DNA from: Felis catus
Taxonomy: Eukaryota
Direction of reading: 5' to 3'
Assembly (NCBI RefSeq): GCF_018350175.1
Contig: NC_058370.1
Span: forward strand, 3,720,001-3,784,000
Length of the DNA: 64,000 bases
The position numbers and the translations under genes are program-made. The notes under the pieces are model-generated. The model did no database searches, was not told the origin of the DNA, and saw only the letters and a program-made list of their open reading frames with translations. Below, one piece after another: positions 34,690 through 48,335 of this stretch. How positions within the stretch are numbered: the stretch's first letter is position 1; each line of letters begins with the position of its first letter.

Positions 34690-37065
34690 CGCTCTTCGGG
34701 GAGAAATAACATCAGCCTCAGAGAGAATAAAAAGAGAGAGAACTTATTCTATGAGGCCAGCACAGCCTTAATACCAGACTCGAAAAAAGGCATGCCTAGA
34801 AGCAGAAAGGGCAGGCCAGTCTCTCTCGGGAACATACATACAGAAATCCTACACACAAAGCTGGGAAATCAGAGACAGAGGCAGGAAGACATCACACACC
34901 GCTGGGCTCGTTCCGGAAATGACCATATGACTTTTCCCCTGGATTCGTTCAACATTCGAAAACCGATCCGTGGAAATCACCACATTACCCAAATACAGGG
35001 GGAAAGTCACATGATCATTTCGATAAATACAGAAATAGCATTTGATAAAACTCCACGTGCATTCATAATTGAAAAACCATCAGCAAATTAGGAATAGGAG
35101 GGAACTTCCTTGACGTCATGAAGAATAAAGTATCTGCTGCAAACTCATACCTAGTGATGAAATATTAAAAACTTTGCCTCTGAGATTGGGAATGAGACAA
35201 AAGTGTCCTCGTCTAAAACTGCACTAAGAGACATTAACCAGCATGATAGGAACAAAAAGTTTAAGTACACGATAGGAAGAAATGAAGCTATCTTTTTTTT
35301 TCCCAGAGTAATGTTTTTAGAAAATCCAAAAGAGCCTCTAAAATTAGAATAAGTTAATTTAGCAAGGTTATTACAGAGAAGGTCCCTTTTCAAAAATAAA
35401 TTATATTTCTCCATGCCAGAACCGAAGATTCAGAAAATGATATTTAAATAATGAGATTTAAAAGTCATCACAAAATATAAAATACACCAGAATAAACCTA
35501 GTGAAAGATGTGCATGAGGCATCTACAGAGAAAGCGTTACTGAGAGAAAAAGTACATAATGTCAATATTAAGTGAGGCCCACCGTGTTCACAGACCGAAA
35601 ATCTGAATGTTTTAAGGATCTCATTTCTTCCCAGACTGGTTCCCAGGGTCAGTGCAATCCCTGTCAAAATCACAACAGATTGTGTTGCGTGTGTGCGTGT
35701 GCGCTTGTAAGAGAGAGAAAGCGAGAGAGAATTGATTCACAATTTAATAATTTTACACAGAAATGCATAGGACCCAGAATGGCCGAGGCAATCTCGAAGA
35801 AGATAAATAAAGTGGTAGGATTTACACTATCAGAACATCCCAATCGACTATAAATCCACAACTACTGTGACAATGTGCTGCTGTACAGTGACAAAGAGAC
35901 CGACGGAACACGGAATGGCGTAAACAGACCCACACCGACAGGGTGCGGGATCCCGGGGGAAGGGAACACAGCCGTGCAGTGGGAAAGAGATCTGCCTCTC
36001 CAGGAAGAAGAGTGCTGTATCTATGGGACAGCCATAGGGGAACGCGGATTCCTGATCCCTCCCTCACACCAAACCAAAGTCGGCTCTGATTCTAAATGTC
36101 AGAGATAAAACGATAACACTTCTAGCAGAAATCCTTCATGGCTTGGGGATGAGCTAATATTCCTCAAACAAGATACAAGGGCGAAAAACTTAAATTGACC
36201 CACATTAAAATTAAATATTTCTTTTCATCAAAAACAATACCATTAGGCGAATGAAAAGGCAAGTCACGTCAAGGGAAAAAATTTGAGATCTGTATCTCCA
36301 TTTAAATGCTCAATCTAGAATATACCTTTATTTTTTTTAATCCTAGAAATTATTCCAGATTGGTACCGCTCTCTTCACGCTATTAGTGAATGTGAAAGGC
36401 ATTTCAAAACGAAGACACACGAAGAACCTAAAGAAAACGAAAAGATGCTCAAACTTACGAGTTTCCAAGGAAATTCCAATTAAGCCACAATGTAGTATTC
36501 CCATACACACGCTACAACGGCTAAGTGTTTTAAATAGCCGACTGTATCAAGGGCGGTGAGATGGACCATCGGACGCCTGTGCTGCTGGTGGTGAGGGATG
36601 CTGGAGCGGACAGTGGTTCACCCACTTTGGAAGCCTGTTTGATAGGATCTCCTTCTGCCGAACATATACAGACCATGTGACCTAGCAAATCCACACACAC
36701 ACAAAATAAACTAAAAAAGGAAAAGAAGCCAGCCAATAAACAAAAACAAAGAATGTTCCGAGGGGCACTCTCCATAGCAGCCAGATGCTGGAAAGAAGCG
36801 AAGGTTATCGACAGTAGAGCGGACACAGTAGTGACCCACAGGAATACTATACAGCAAAGAAATGACTGACCTATCGCCACATCCAACAGCAGGGGGCGCT
36901 CCGATACAAACTAGTGTGTATCATAACGGTTCCACCTGTGTAAGGCACGGAACCCAGAAAATCTCATCTGTGCTGTTCCGTCATGACAGTGGTTCTCTAG
37001 GTGGTTTGCACACTTAAGAGTTTTGCACTTTTATGTGAGTGTGACCTGTCAATAAAAGGCTTCTA
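34690..37065 (+). mobile_element. Degenerate old L1: ORF2 (RT onward) through 3' UTR
   Basis: ttctatgaggccagcacagccttaatacca (FYEAS..LIP), aggccagtctctct (RP.SL) and atagcatttgataaa (AFDK) motifs with many stops; A-rich; ends near aataaaa at 37051. Confidence 0.88.
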
Positions 37066-38246
37066 AAACTTTTTGAGGTTAAAAAAAAACCCCGTCTTTT
37101 GAAGATCTATTCTGTGCAAAAAAAAAGACTGGACACCTCCAGAAATCTATGTAAGCGTTAAAATGAAAACAGAAACACAAGCAAACACAGGAATGATTAA
37201 ATTTTCTCCGGGCGTCTGCCCACCTCCCTGAATGTGAACAGATGCCCCAGATGGCATGTGTTCAAAGAGCGCTTAGAAGAGCCTCGAAGGTCATTCGGTC
37301 TCCCCGCATCCATCATGGTTCAAACAGGGACTCACACCCAGACCCTGACGTGAGAAAAGGAAGCCGCACCTTGTGTCGCTCACCCAAGGTCTCCTTTCTG
37401 GCTGTTTCAACATCATTTCATATCCCAGCGTGATCTTTCGGTTTGGAATACGAATAAGGAAATAAAAAAAAAAATTAAAACGATAATGTTTTGGTTTGAA
37501 ATCAAAAGTAAATAATTTTTTCAGAGCGACTATAAACGACTGCTGGAAAAAGCCATCACTAATGTACTGAGTGTCTGGTAATTACTAACAGCGCTGGGAG
37601 TTCAATTAGCTGGGGTTGTCGCTTGGAGACAAAAGCCTAATAATAAAAACGGCATACGTTTGCTTCCTGAATTGCAGGTTGCCGAAAAATACAAGGAAAC
37701 CAGAAAATGACCTGAAAGAAATTGCATACGTGATGTGACAAATACGTATCCCGGAGTTCTATTCCGCCAGCGCTGGGGGTGGGGGACACGCTGGGACTGA
37801 AGACACAGTCCCTGCTCTCAAGGCGTCAGCTGACGAAACAAAAGCACGGCAGAAAATCAGCAGAACCCCCGGAATGTGGAAGTCCCTCCGAGAGGGGACC
37901 GAGGTGAAAAGGAATGACAACAGGGGTCCTTCCCAGACCTGGAGACACATTGCAAATCCAGACCCCAGGACGTGGCCACCTGGACCACCTCCAGTCAGCT
38001 CGCATACATCGCCGGGAAGGCGGCCTCAAAAAGTGATGGGGAGCCTCGCACACCTCCACGATACGGCACGTGGCAGACTCCTAACCAGACGTTTGGGAGA
38101 AGGTCACAGTGGACCATCACCGCATAGTTACAGTAAGATAAACTCCAGTTTAAGTCATTTAAGTACAATGGTAGAAAGTCTGGAAAAAAAATGAAACGGG
38201 TTCAGAATTAAGATGAACTTTGTGAACTTAAAATGAGAAGTAATCA

Positions 38247-38450
38247 TGGGGGGCCTGGGTGGCTCCGATGGTGGAGCATCGGACTTCGGCTCAAGTCACG
38301 ATCCCGCAGTCTGTGAGTTCGAGCCCCGCGTCGGGCTCTCTGCTGTCACCCGCAGAGCCCGCCTTGGATCCTCTGTCTCCTTCTCTCTCTGCACCTCCTG
38401 CTCACTCTCTCTCTCACTCTCTCTCTCAAAAATAAATAAACATTTAAAAA
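38247..38450 (+). mobile_element. Can-SINE
   Basis: gcctgggtggctcc..gacttcggctcaagtcacgatc..gagttcgagccccgcgtcgggctc, CT tract, aataaataaacatt tail. Confidence 0.92.
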
Positions 38451-39036
38451 CGTATGTAAGTAATAAAGAATGAAAGAGTGGATCGTCCAAATTATGTAAG
38501 AATTTTTAAACTTTTCATTCAAAATCCACGTGAAAAACAGTCAAATGAATTCTGGAACAGATTCACAAGAAATGACAAAGCATAAAATCTTTAATATACA
38601 AAGACCTCTTTAAAACCAACAAGAAAAACAAAAGACTCCCCCTGGAAAGTGTATGGAAGACTTAAACAGTCTTCTGAAAAAAAAAAAAAAATAAGTAAAC
38701 AGTAAAAAAAAAAAAAAAATTAAAGAAAATTCAGTTCTACAAGTTACCCCAAAGAAGCTAATTACATACTGTTTCCCATTTTTGCCAAATTGGTAGCTGA
38801 TTCTTTAAAAATCAACTCATCAGGGTCTGGAAAGATTTGGCAAGACAAACATACCTTACAGATGTGAGGCTAGAGTAACACCACCTTCCCGAGAGGCACT
38901 TTGGCAATGTGTGCCAAAGGCTTTAAAATAGTTTATATACCTTGGGCATAATCATATTTCTGAAGATACGGACAAACATTTATGTACAAGTATACAATCT
39001 AAATAGTCCAAGAGCTGTATTTAAAAGCAGGATATG

Positions 39037-39255
39037 GGGTGCCTGGGTGGCTCAGTCGGTTAAGCGGCCGACTTCAGCCAGGTCACGATCTCGCAGTCCG
39101 TGAGTTCGAGCCCCGCATCGGGCTCTGTGCTGACGGCTCAGAGCCTGGAGCCTGTTTCAGATTCTGTGTTTCCCTCTCTCTGACCCTCCCCCATTCATGT
39201 TTTGTCTCTCTCTGTCTCAAAAATAAATAAATGTTAAAAAAAATTTTTTTTTAAA
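39037..39255 (+). mobile_element. Feline Can-SINE with perfect 15-bp TSD
   Basis: cttcagccaggtcacgatc subtype; taaaagcaggatatg at 39022-39036 and 39256-39270. Confidence 0.96.
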
Positions 39256-40483
39256 TAAAAGCAGGATATGTAATTAGATCTACAATATGGCATCGGTATC
39301 ATAAAATATTTTCTGTGTACGCTTGCATTAAAGAGGATGAATGTAAAATGTGTAAATATTTGCAGTGATTCACTGGGTGATATGGCTTCAGGTGATTTTC
39401 ATTTTATTTGTAAATATTCTATAATAAGCATGCGATGCTCTCAGATGCAGACAAACGCTGTTCTTCTCGAAGTCTTCCTGAAGGTACAGCCCTTGACCTC
39501 GACCTCGAGGGTGGGGAACGGCTCTCCGGAAAGCCGCGTTGCAGGAAGGACAGGTGTGGGTTCGGGGGCTGAGGGGAAGAAACGGTAAGAGAGGTAAGAA
39601 AGGAAGGGAGGGTGTGCAGACCCTGAAGGGACGTGGATGCTGAGCTAAGGGCTGTGGAGTGTGAAAAAGACAGAACTGGAAACGAGGATGTCACTGATGC
39701 AGCCATTGGTTAAGGCGGTGGAACAGAAGACTCTACTGCAAGGGGTCAGGTATTTCCAGGAGCCAGAAGTGAAAAAGAATCAAGAGGCTAGCTGGAGCCC
39801 GGGGGGTGGAGGGGGTGGGGGGTAAAAAGTGTGTGTTCACGTTCACCACCTGCTGCCTCACAGACTCATCCCTTCCGAGGTCCACTCAGACCCTGGGAGC
39901 GTCCAGCTTGGGACCAAAAACGAGAGAACGCAGTGAATCCATGGGGCCACTTCTATCTGTGCCTTTCTTGTCCGCAATACCCAAATAAATAGGGTTCTCT
40001 GGGCTTATTACAGGATACAGCTACTGAATCAGACAGTAAACCCTGGAAGATTTAAAGAAATCTCTCCAGAAACCAACCTGAAAAAGTAAAGAGAGGAAAT
40101 AGCTCCAAGCCGGAAAGACTTGATCATCCGCCTGGACCTCGCCACCTACCAGTGCCTTCCCTGAAACCCAGTGTGGAGAAAATTAGAACTCTGTGGGTTC
40201 CGCAGAGGACCAGACGGTACGATACATGTGACAGGACCCCAACAAGACGAGGTCCCGGTGACTGTGAGTACCCGTAACCTGCCCTTCAGAGACGCAGAGT
40301 CATGCGGGCTCCGGGACCTTGACTCAGGGGACACTGCTGAGTCAGTGTCCACAACCCAGTGTCCCATGCATGCCAGCTCCCCCCACCTCATCCAGAATTT
40401 CCACTGGCTTCTAAATGCATCGGGGACAAAGGGAGGCATGAGATACGAAGCATCCAATTGCTCATTAGAGCATGTTAAGGAGA

Positions 40484-40708
40484 GGGGCGCCTGGGTGGCT
40501 CAGGCGATTAAGCGTCCGACTTCGGCTTGGGCCATGATCTCGCGGTTCGTGAGTTCGAGCCCCTCGTCGAGCTCTGTGCTGACAGCTCGGAGCCTGGAGT
40601 CTGCTTCGGGTTCTGTGTCTCCCTCTCTCTCTGCCCCTCCCTCGCTGTCTCTCTCTCTCTCTCATTCTCTCTCTCTCAAAAATAAACAGTAACAACAACA
40701 ACAAAAAA
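40484..40708 (+). mobile_element. Can-SINE
   Basis: Full head and body, CT tract, (AAC)n tail; TSD-like tgttaagga on both sides. Confidence 0.94.
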
Positions 40709-41368
40709 GACGTGTTAAGGAAACTCAAGTCCCAAGTGGATGCTAACCTCAACAATGTAACCAATATATGGGAAAATGCCCCCCCTGCTCAGCAGCAGTG
40801 AGAGAGAATTCAGAAATTCAAAGATCTGCAAAATGGGGAAAAGCCCCCTGCTTCGTGAGCACCAACAAGAAAAACACAAACACAAACACAAACCCAAGAA
40901 GGCTTTGAGTGACGAAGGGTGGCTCGCCCCATCTGCTGGCACACCCCCCATTAAAATCCCGAACGGATTTATTTGCTGTCTAGTAAATACTATCAACGGC
41001 CAAAATTGCTCAGCAAACGGTCCGTGGCTATGGCTGTTTTGTGGGAGCCTGACAACGTCAGAGCACCCCAAATCAGACTCGCAGGGAGGGCACACCTCAA
41101 ACAGAATTACAGGGCGCGGATGCTGGCAGACGAGGCCAACTAGAACCCATCAGGTAAGATTTGAGAGGTTCATACCTGCCCCAACTCTCAGCAGACGACG
41201 AAAGCAGCTACCGAGAGCCGCGTGAAACGATCCTTGGGCCTCAGCCTCCAGGCTGCTTGTAGCCAGGACAACCCTGTCCTTCACCATCTTCCTTAACATA
41301 AGAACCATAAGAGAAGAGGGCATCCTAAGAGGGGCAGCTAGGTGGGTTAAGAACTGTGCCCTGGGGGG

Positions 41369-41588
41369 GGGGGCGCCTGGGGGGCTCAGTTGGTTAAGCG
41401 TCTGACTTTGGCTCAGGTCATGATCTCACGGTTCGTGGGTTCGAGCCCCGAGTCGGGCTCTGTGCTGACGGCTCGGAGCCTGGAGCCTGTTTGGGATTCT
41501 GTGTCTCCCTCTCTCTCTGCCCCTCCCCCGTTCACGCTCTGTCTGTGTCTCAAGAATAAATGAACATTAAAAAAAAAATTAAAAAGAA
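41369..41588 (+). mobile_element. Can-SINE with TSD
   Basis: Full element; aagaac(t/c)gtgccctggg flanks both ends. Confidence 0.95.
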
Positions 41589-44289
41589 AAGAACCGTGCC
41601 CTGGGAGCCCGTCCCAAGGGCTAAACCGGGGCCCGACCGAGGAACTTCCCTTCCCCCAGGGAGGGGAATGTCACCACGTCTGCAGCCACAGCTCAGCAGC
41701 CGTGCCGACCTCCCTTCCGTCCCCTTCTCAAGTATTTAGTTGTAGCACCCTGTCCACTGCACCCACAGTGGGGGGCGGGGGGGCGGATAACTTGTCCTGT
41801 CTCTGAACCAAGAGCCCCATCCGAACACGGCGGAAGATGGGGATTCATCCCCCAAAGGTCCTGGACCCAGGGCTGTGGCAAGCGGCTGGGACTCTGAGGT
41901 CATGTCCGTTGGGACGGGGACAGGAACTAAGCATTTGGGGACCAGCAGGGCAGCCTGTAGTGGACTCCATCATCGTTCGCAGATGCCTGTGCCTCTCCTG
42001 GGAGAGAACTCCACGCCCCCATCTCGCTGAACTCGGCCTGCACACGTGACTGGCTCTCACCGGACGCTGCGGGGAAGTTATCTCGGGTGCCACTCTGGGC
42101 GGATGCTTCGCGGGCCACGTTTCCCGCCGCTGTGGTCATGGGGACCCACGTTGACGTAGAGCCTCTGTCAAGCTGGGCCCCAGAGCACTCGGATGAGCAG
42201 AGTCCCCTTTGCTGCCCCTCGATCCGCGTGGACGATCGGAGAGGGATACACGTCACGGCTGTGAGCCCCTCAGACGCTCGTGTTGTAACCGCAGCACGAG
42301 CCCCGCTGACCCTAACGCCCCTCCCTCCCACCCTCTGCACCCCCTACACCCCCTCCAGCCGCACAGACACATGGCTCGGGCCTGCGCATCCGTTCAGAGT
42401 GTCTCGCCTCACCGGCCACAGTGACTGGCTCCGGGCCGGCACGCGACTGGCCCGGACCGATGAGAATCAACCCCAGGACTTTTGACAGAACCGCAGAGAC
42501 CAACATCTGTCTTCCCAAGTAAGGGCTGCTGAACTCGGAGAATTCGAGCCCGCCGCTCTGGACAGCTCTTTGCTCCCTCGTGGGGAGTGCCTGCCGGAGG
42601 GGGGCGGGGGGCAGCCAAACCAGGTGGAGGCAGAGAAGACCCGAGAGCCGATTCCGGCCCCCAAGGTCCGTGCCCGGGACGCAGCTGCCTGATCCCCACC
42701 CTGGACGGTTTGGTCCCGCGAACCCCCCACCGCCCTTTCTCACCGACGCTCCCCCTGCACCTGTTACTACACACAAACAGAGTCTGCATTCTGTTTGGGA
42801 AGAAAACATAAGATGCTCCAAGAGAAGCACCGAGGAAAAGGCCCACGGACAGTCTGGGGGAGCTGGGCACGTGCGGATGTTTTCTGCCCAGGAGACAAAG
42901 GCCACGGGCCGTGCACTCAGGGAGCCAGGGACCCGGGCTGGGGACGGCGCCCCCTCTGTCGGCCGGGCGTGGGTTTCGCACGCCAGATGGCCCTTGGTTG
43001 TCCGGCCTTTCACACTCGCGTGTGACCGTGCGTGCTCACATGCGACGCGAAATCGCAAGATTAGAACGAGCAAAGCAGAACAAACACTTCTTTTCCCAAT
43101 TAACAGCTCTTGGGGAAATGGGTCCATTATCTTTCCAGGCCCATGCGTAACGTCCATTAACGCTAATGGGATCCAGGCAGGAGCCTGAGGGACACTGACT
43201 TCTGGGAGCCACAGACGCCTGGTCTCTGCTGTGGGAGGGGCGAGGACGAGCGTCCGTCGGGCCCAGCCACCTGGGGGGGGGGGGGCACAGTGCCATTTGT
43301 CACTATTCCCATGTTTGCAAAAGCCCCCAGGAAAGTCTGCATGCCCGACCGGAGAGGCACAGGGCGCAGACGGATCTAGAACGTGCCACGGTTTGGGAAC
43401 CTCTCTGCGCCGTATCCTCGTTGGCACTTAGCTTCCGAAGGGTGTTGTCAGCCTATCACACGGATTCTTTCCATTTCCCGGGACATGAGCCCATAGTCTG
43501 AACCCCCCGAGTGAACTGTACTGTCCTTCACGGGCGTCCAAACGCTGCAGCCTGGCACCTTCAGCGGCCTGACTGTTGGGGTGGGGGGACCCAGACTCCG
43601 ATACCAAAGAGACCCGGGTGGCTTCCTAAATTCTCTTACGGCACCCCACTATTCTCCTGACACCTGCCAGCTAGATGGGCAGACTGCTCACTATAGGCCG
43701 GGCCTCATCAGCGGACAAGACCCCAGGCCCCTGCCTCAGGGGAGAAAGGAAAGCGCCCTCGTGGAAGCAGGGACCGGGGAGACCGGCTTCGTGGCAAGGT
43801 CCAGGAAGACTTCCTGAAGGAGGCGGTTCTGAATGCACAGCGGTGAGCAAGATGGGGAAGGAGGAAGGGGCCTTGTCCTGGCAGACAGGGTGGCAGAAGA
43901 GGCGTGAGGGAGGAGATTTCGCTGGGTCAGAGCGGGCGCCAGTACAGGGAACCAGCACAGCACAGGAGCACGGCATCCTGAAAAGGCCGGAGGAGGAGGC
44001 AGGATGGGCCCAGCCATCAGAAAGCTGGGGTCCAGTCCCCCGTGGCCACTTCCCGACCGAGTGCTGACCTTTACTTATTCTGCGATCACTGCCTGCAGGC
44101 GGGCAAGGACAGCTTAAAGCCGGCCAGAGGGCTGTTCCCTGCACCTGCACGAGGGCCATCCCCGGGCAGGCCCCGGACATGTACGGGATGCGCTCACCCC
44201 TTTTGGTACTGGCTCTGTGGGCTGCTGGTCGATCTCATCCACACTCAGAGGACTGAGCCAAACCACCTGGCGAGCTACTTTAAATACTA

Positions 44290-45480
44290 AGAGAGTTTCT
44301 AAGGTAACTCGCTACAAAATGAACGGATCCAAATCAGTATTTTTCCCTAATTAGTCAGCCACAGTCACCCAGATAATTTAACAGGGAACTAACAATCCCA
44401 TTGGCAATAACTGACCTACCGCATTGAACACACACAGAAGGCCTAAGACAGTATTGAACTCCTCGGGAAGAAGCAATAAAATTTAAACTTGAGAATACAT
44501 TGATTTTTAAAATAGAGAGATGTACCGGGTTCCTGAACAGGATCCTCAATTTGGTAAAGATGGTCATTCCCCAAAATGATTTAAAAAGTCTCACGCAATT
44601 CTATTGTAATCTCACGGGATATAAATCATAATATTCTTCGTGTAGGATACGTTTGACAGAATGGACAGGTCTCATACTAAAAAACATAATGAATATACTT
44701 TGATTAATATATAATTATAATTAGTATATAGCATATAAATATGTAATCAGGGAGGTTGTATATTAAAATATATAACTACAGTCATTAAAAGGACAGGCTC
44801 AGGCAAATAAAAGAAAATTAAAAGTCCAGACGAAGAACTTAGTATAAATAAAAGTGGATCTATTATAAAACATGCATTTCACCTCAGTGGCAAAAACGGG
44901 GAGTTTAAATGATGGGGTTCACACCCTTCGCACCTAGATGCATTTTCTACGAGCTAAAGATCAAATATAAAGAGAAGGAATGCAGAAAAGAACCAGGAGA
45001 AAATAATCAGTCGCTATTCATCTGACCTGTCAGTGGGAACGACCTTACGAAAACACACCATTAAACACTAACAATAACAACAACACAGCAGAACGAATAC
45101 TCTGCTCGCTAGCGCAAATATGTTTAGAATACACAGCAGGAATCCATCCATCCCGTGAGAGTGCCCCCAAAGCCACTTTTCAGGGGGTATAAACAGGGGA
45201 GCCACTTGACGCTTTGCTGAGGACAGTGACCCTTGCCGTCTTCTCTCTGGAAAGTTACTTAACAAAAATGCACAAAAGCCCTAAAAATGTTCAGGCCCTT
45301 GAAGCCAAGAATTCTGCTTCTAAGGACTGATGTCAAGCCAGTGAATGAAGGTGGTCTTGGAGACTGAGGTAGAAAGGGGTTTCGAACATGACTTTTCATG
45401 CAATGAAGCATTCTCCTATTAAAAATCGTGTTTTCAAAGAAATCTTAAAAATAAGGAATCACCGGCATTAAATGAAACAC
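44290..45480 (+). mobile_element. Old L1 ORF2/3' fragments
   Basis: AT-rich; aaatagagagatgtacc..ttcctgaacaggatcctcaatttggtaaagatggtcattccccaaa resembles the L1 ORF2 W.DIPCSWIGRLNIVKM.ILPK region. Confidence 0.7.
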
Positions 45481-45671
45481 AAGCAGGATGCAAAACTAAA
45501 TACAGAGAACTCTCCAAATTTTGCTTTGAAAGATGGGACAGCCATATACACTTAACTTGATTTCAGCCAGCAAACTGGCCGTGGGCATCTCAGGGGTAGA
45601 CAGACATTCTAGAGAATGACAAGACAGACAAGGGGGCTGCCTGGTGGGAGTCTGTAGTCCAATCTGTAAGA

Positions 45672-45673
<2 letters not shown>

Positions 45674-45713
<40 letters not shown>
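45674..45713. repeat. (CA)n microsatellite
   Basis: About 20 CA units, seen directly. Confidence 0.95.
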
Positions 45714-45715
<2 letters not shown>

Positions 45716-46649
45716 CAAATATCAAAAATGTCCATGATATTTGGTGAAACGTGGGTAATAATTTTCTTTCTGACACTTACCCGAAAACATTTCCATCATG
45801 CACATGTGTCGCTTTCATAATCAGCAATGAGACCTTGGGTAAAGTCCTCACCACGTCCAACCTAGGACACAACCCCTCCCCCCATGAAAAGATAGGTGTC
45901 ACCAGTGTGTGTGCAAAGCTATGTTCTTCCAAGGCTGACTGTGCACCGTCTCAATCCTCCCTTCTCTGACAATAATTTCCTTTGTAACCATCAAGAATGA
46001 GCGAGGAGAAAGAATTTGAGACAATGATTTGCCTACTATATTTGAAAAATCTAAATGACCTTTCAAAAGACTTCGGCTTAAAATAAATGCATGACTCAGG
46101 AACGAGTGATCCCCAATGACTCAACGTCCTCACAAAAATACCTTCAAACTGTCCCCAACTATAGACAATTCCCCACCCCCCCCCCAAAAAAAGGGCCACA
46201 TCCATGCTCACAAATATTAACAAGAAAATGGAAATTATGTCAGTAAATTTCAGGACCTGTTTGAAAGTAACATATCTATGGTGCTTCTCGGCACGCCAGG
46301 AACGGAGAATGGCAGAATCAACATAAAACTTTTTCAAAGGCCAAAAAGATGGGAAGGAAAAGGGGAGAAGTCTCATTTTAGGAGCATCCCTTTGAAATTG
46401 ATTCTTGCAACATGTTTGTTTAGAATGCTACACCACGGCGGGCTCTAGCCCTTCTGTTCCGGAGGGAGGGGGATGTGGACAAAACTCTAGCAGAAGCTGC
46501 ACGAAAAGTTGTCATGCTCCCCACCAAAGCTCCCCGAGACGCAACCCACACCACTTGCCCATCTCCTCCTTAGCGGATGAACGCAACCAGCGTAGAGGTC
46601 AGGCTACCGACTGGAGGGACACTGGAGCGGTCGGACTGATTACCGCCAT

Positions 46650-47050
46650 TTACTCATCCCACAGATATCCTTCCAGCCTCCGCTCCCCACCCCCCGGCAC
46701 CACTCAAGGGCCTGGGGTGGGCCAGAAGGGGCCCCTCCCTCTGCGGGGACACGGATAATAGACAAGCAAACAGACGGGATCATTTTGGGGAGTGAAAAGT
46801 GCAACAAAGGAAACCAAAACAGGGGTGTTTTGTGAATCCTGTGAAGGATTCCTGGGCTGTATAGATTCCTTCCACAGGGGGGTCAGGGAGGGCTTCTCAG
46901 AGGAGGTGTCATTTGAGCTGCGTGGACCTGGCCCGCCATAAGGACAGAGGGACAGAAGAAGCGGGAGGTGCTGGTGCGGGACCCAGCGCAGCACTGGGAG
47001 GACCAGCAGGAAGGCTGGACCGCTGCAGAGCAGGGTGTCCATCCTGGCCT
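46650..47050 (-). mobile_element. L2 fragment
   Basis: ggtcagggagggcttctcagaggaggtgtcatttgagctg is a typical reverse L2 motif. Confidence 0.65.
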
Positions 47051-47989
47051 TTTCCAACCAACTGGACCCTGCCTACTAACTAGACCCTCAGAGCGACTAG
47101 TGTCCACGGAGCCCGGCAGACAGGCAGTGACCAGGGACAGGTGCCGGGCAAAGGACGGCCGATCACAGCAGCCTGTCGCTTTGTGAGATGTCTGGCTCCT
47201 GGTTCAGCCACCTAATACTTAGTCTCTCAGACCACTGTTTTCTCTTCTGTAAAACCAAAACAAAACTATCACCACTCAGGGGGTGGGGGGGGGGTGCCAG
47301 GAGGGGCAAATGAGATGATCAAGGAGGGCACTCGGCCTGCCTGGCACATGGCGAGTTTTTCCTAAAGGCAGGCAGAAAAATTAAAAATCCAGGATAGCTT
47401 ATCATCCAAACTTGTATTGTGTGGGTCAGACAGTGACACTGTTTCACACCTGACTTGAAAATTTCTGTTATAAAAAAGTATAGAGACAGGCACACGGTCT
47501 CCCCTCGACCCCTGCCCCCCCCCCCCCCCAGCCCACTGCGTGGTGTTGAAGCCAATGCAAGCCATCCTCCTTTTCAGCGGTAAGTGCGGCTTGAATTTCA
47601 ACTGAAAACGACTTCTTATTTTAAACACTCCTCTTGTGGACCCGTCTTTTAGAATATTCAATTCGCCTGGCTTGGTGACAAGAAACAGAGCCCCTGCCCA
47701 TTTCCGTGTGGTTATAAATTGGTATGGTGTCTTCGCAGGTCAGGATTTTCCATTCCACCCAAATGAAACTTCTTGACCGAGCGGCCAACAATCACCAGAA
47801 CACGGGTCACAAATAAACCTGAACCCGAGAACAAAGATGCTGACACAGGTGAGTGTTCGTGCTAGAGCCGACTTGATTGACGACTGTTTGGAAGCAGCCT
47901 CAGTATCCTGCTGGGGAGGGCCCTGGGGGAGGACGAGGGGCCCTCCTGAGAACAGGGGGCAGCACACAGAGAGAATGAGACAGACCGAC

Positions 47990-48335
47990 ATGGACCGATA
48001 CGGAATGATCTACAGGGAATGTGGCCGAGTAAGAAAAGATACCAAATACGGTGTACGGAATGCTATTACGAGTGTCAGAAAGCAGGGACACACGCACGTG
48101 TGTGCTTATATGCCGCACGACTTGAGTATATCTTCAGGGAGTCAAAGAGGAGGCTCTTAACAGAGGTGGCCTTGGGGGAGGAGAACTGGGCAGCCGGTGA
48201 AGAAGAGGAGGGAGGGGCTTCCCGGTCAAATAACTGATGATGGTGATGGTGATGGTGATGATGGGGATGATGGGGATGCTGGTGATGATGACGGTATGTG
48301 TGTATTATCTATTCAAATATTTTAAAAATAAATGT
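47990..48335 (+). mobile_element. L1ME-like 3' end containing a (GAT/GGT)n tract (48235-48292)
   Basis: ggaatgatctacagg...taacagaggtggccttgggggaggagaactggg...tgtgtattatctattcaaa pattern. Confidence 0.55.

Larger units (their letters stand above)
38080..39440 (+). mobile_element. Old L1 (L1ME-like) fragments hosting two SINEs
   Basis: A-rich L1-like sequence (ttaatatacaaagacctc, gaaagtgtatggaagacttaaacag, ggcactttggcaatgtgtgccaaagg). Confidence 0.6.

Noticed and set aside
34792-35091. 99-aa ORF with L1 RT-like residues
   Set aside because: Decayed L1 ORF2 with stops and frameshifts; not an intact or domesticated gene.
42312-43427. 371-aa ORF, the longest in the track
   Set aside because: No recognisable domain, low-complexity GC-driven composition, overlapping ORFs in other frames and no exon-like borders.
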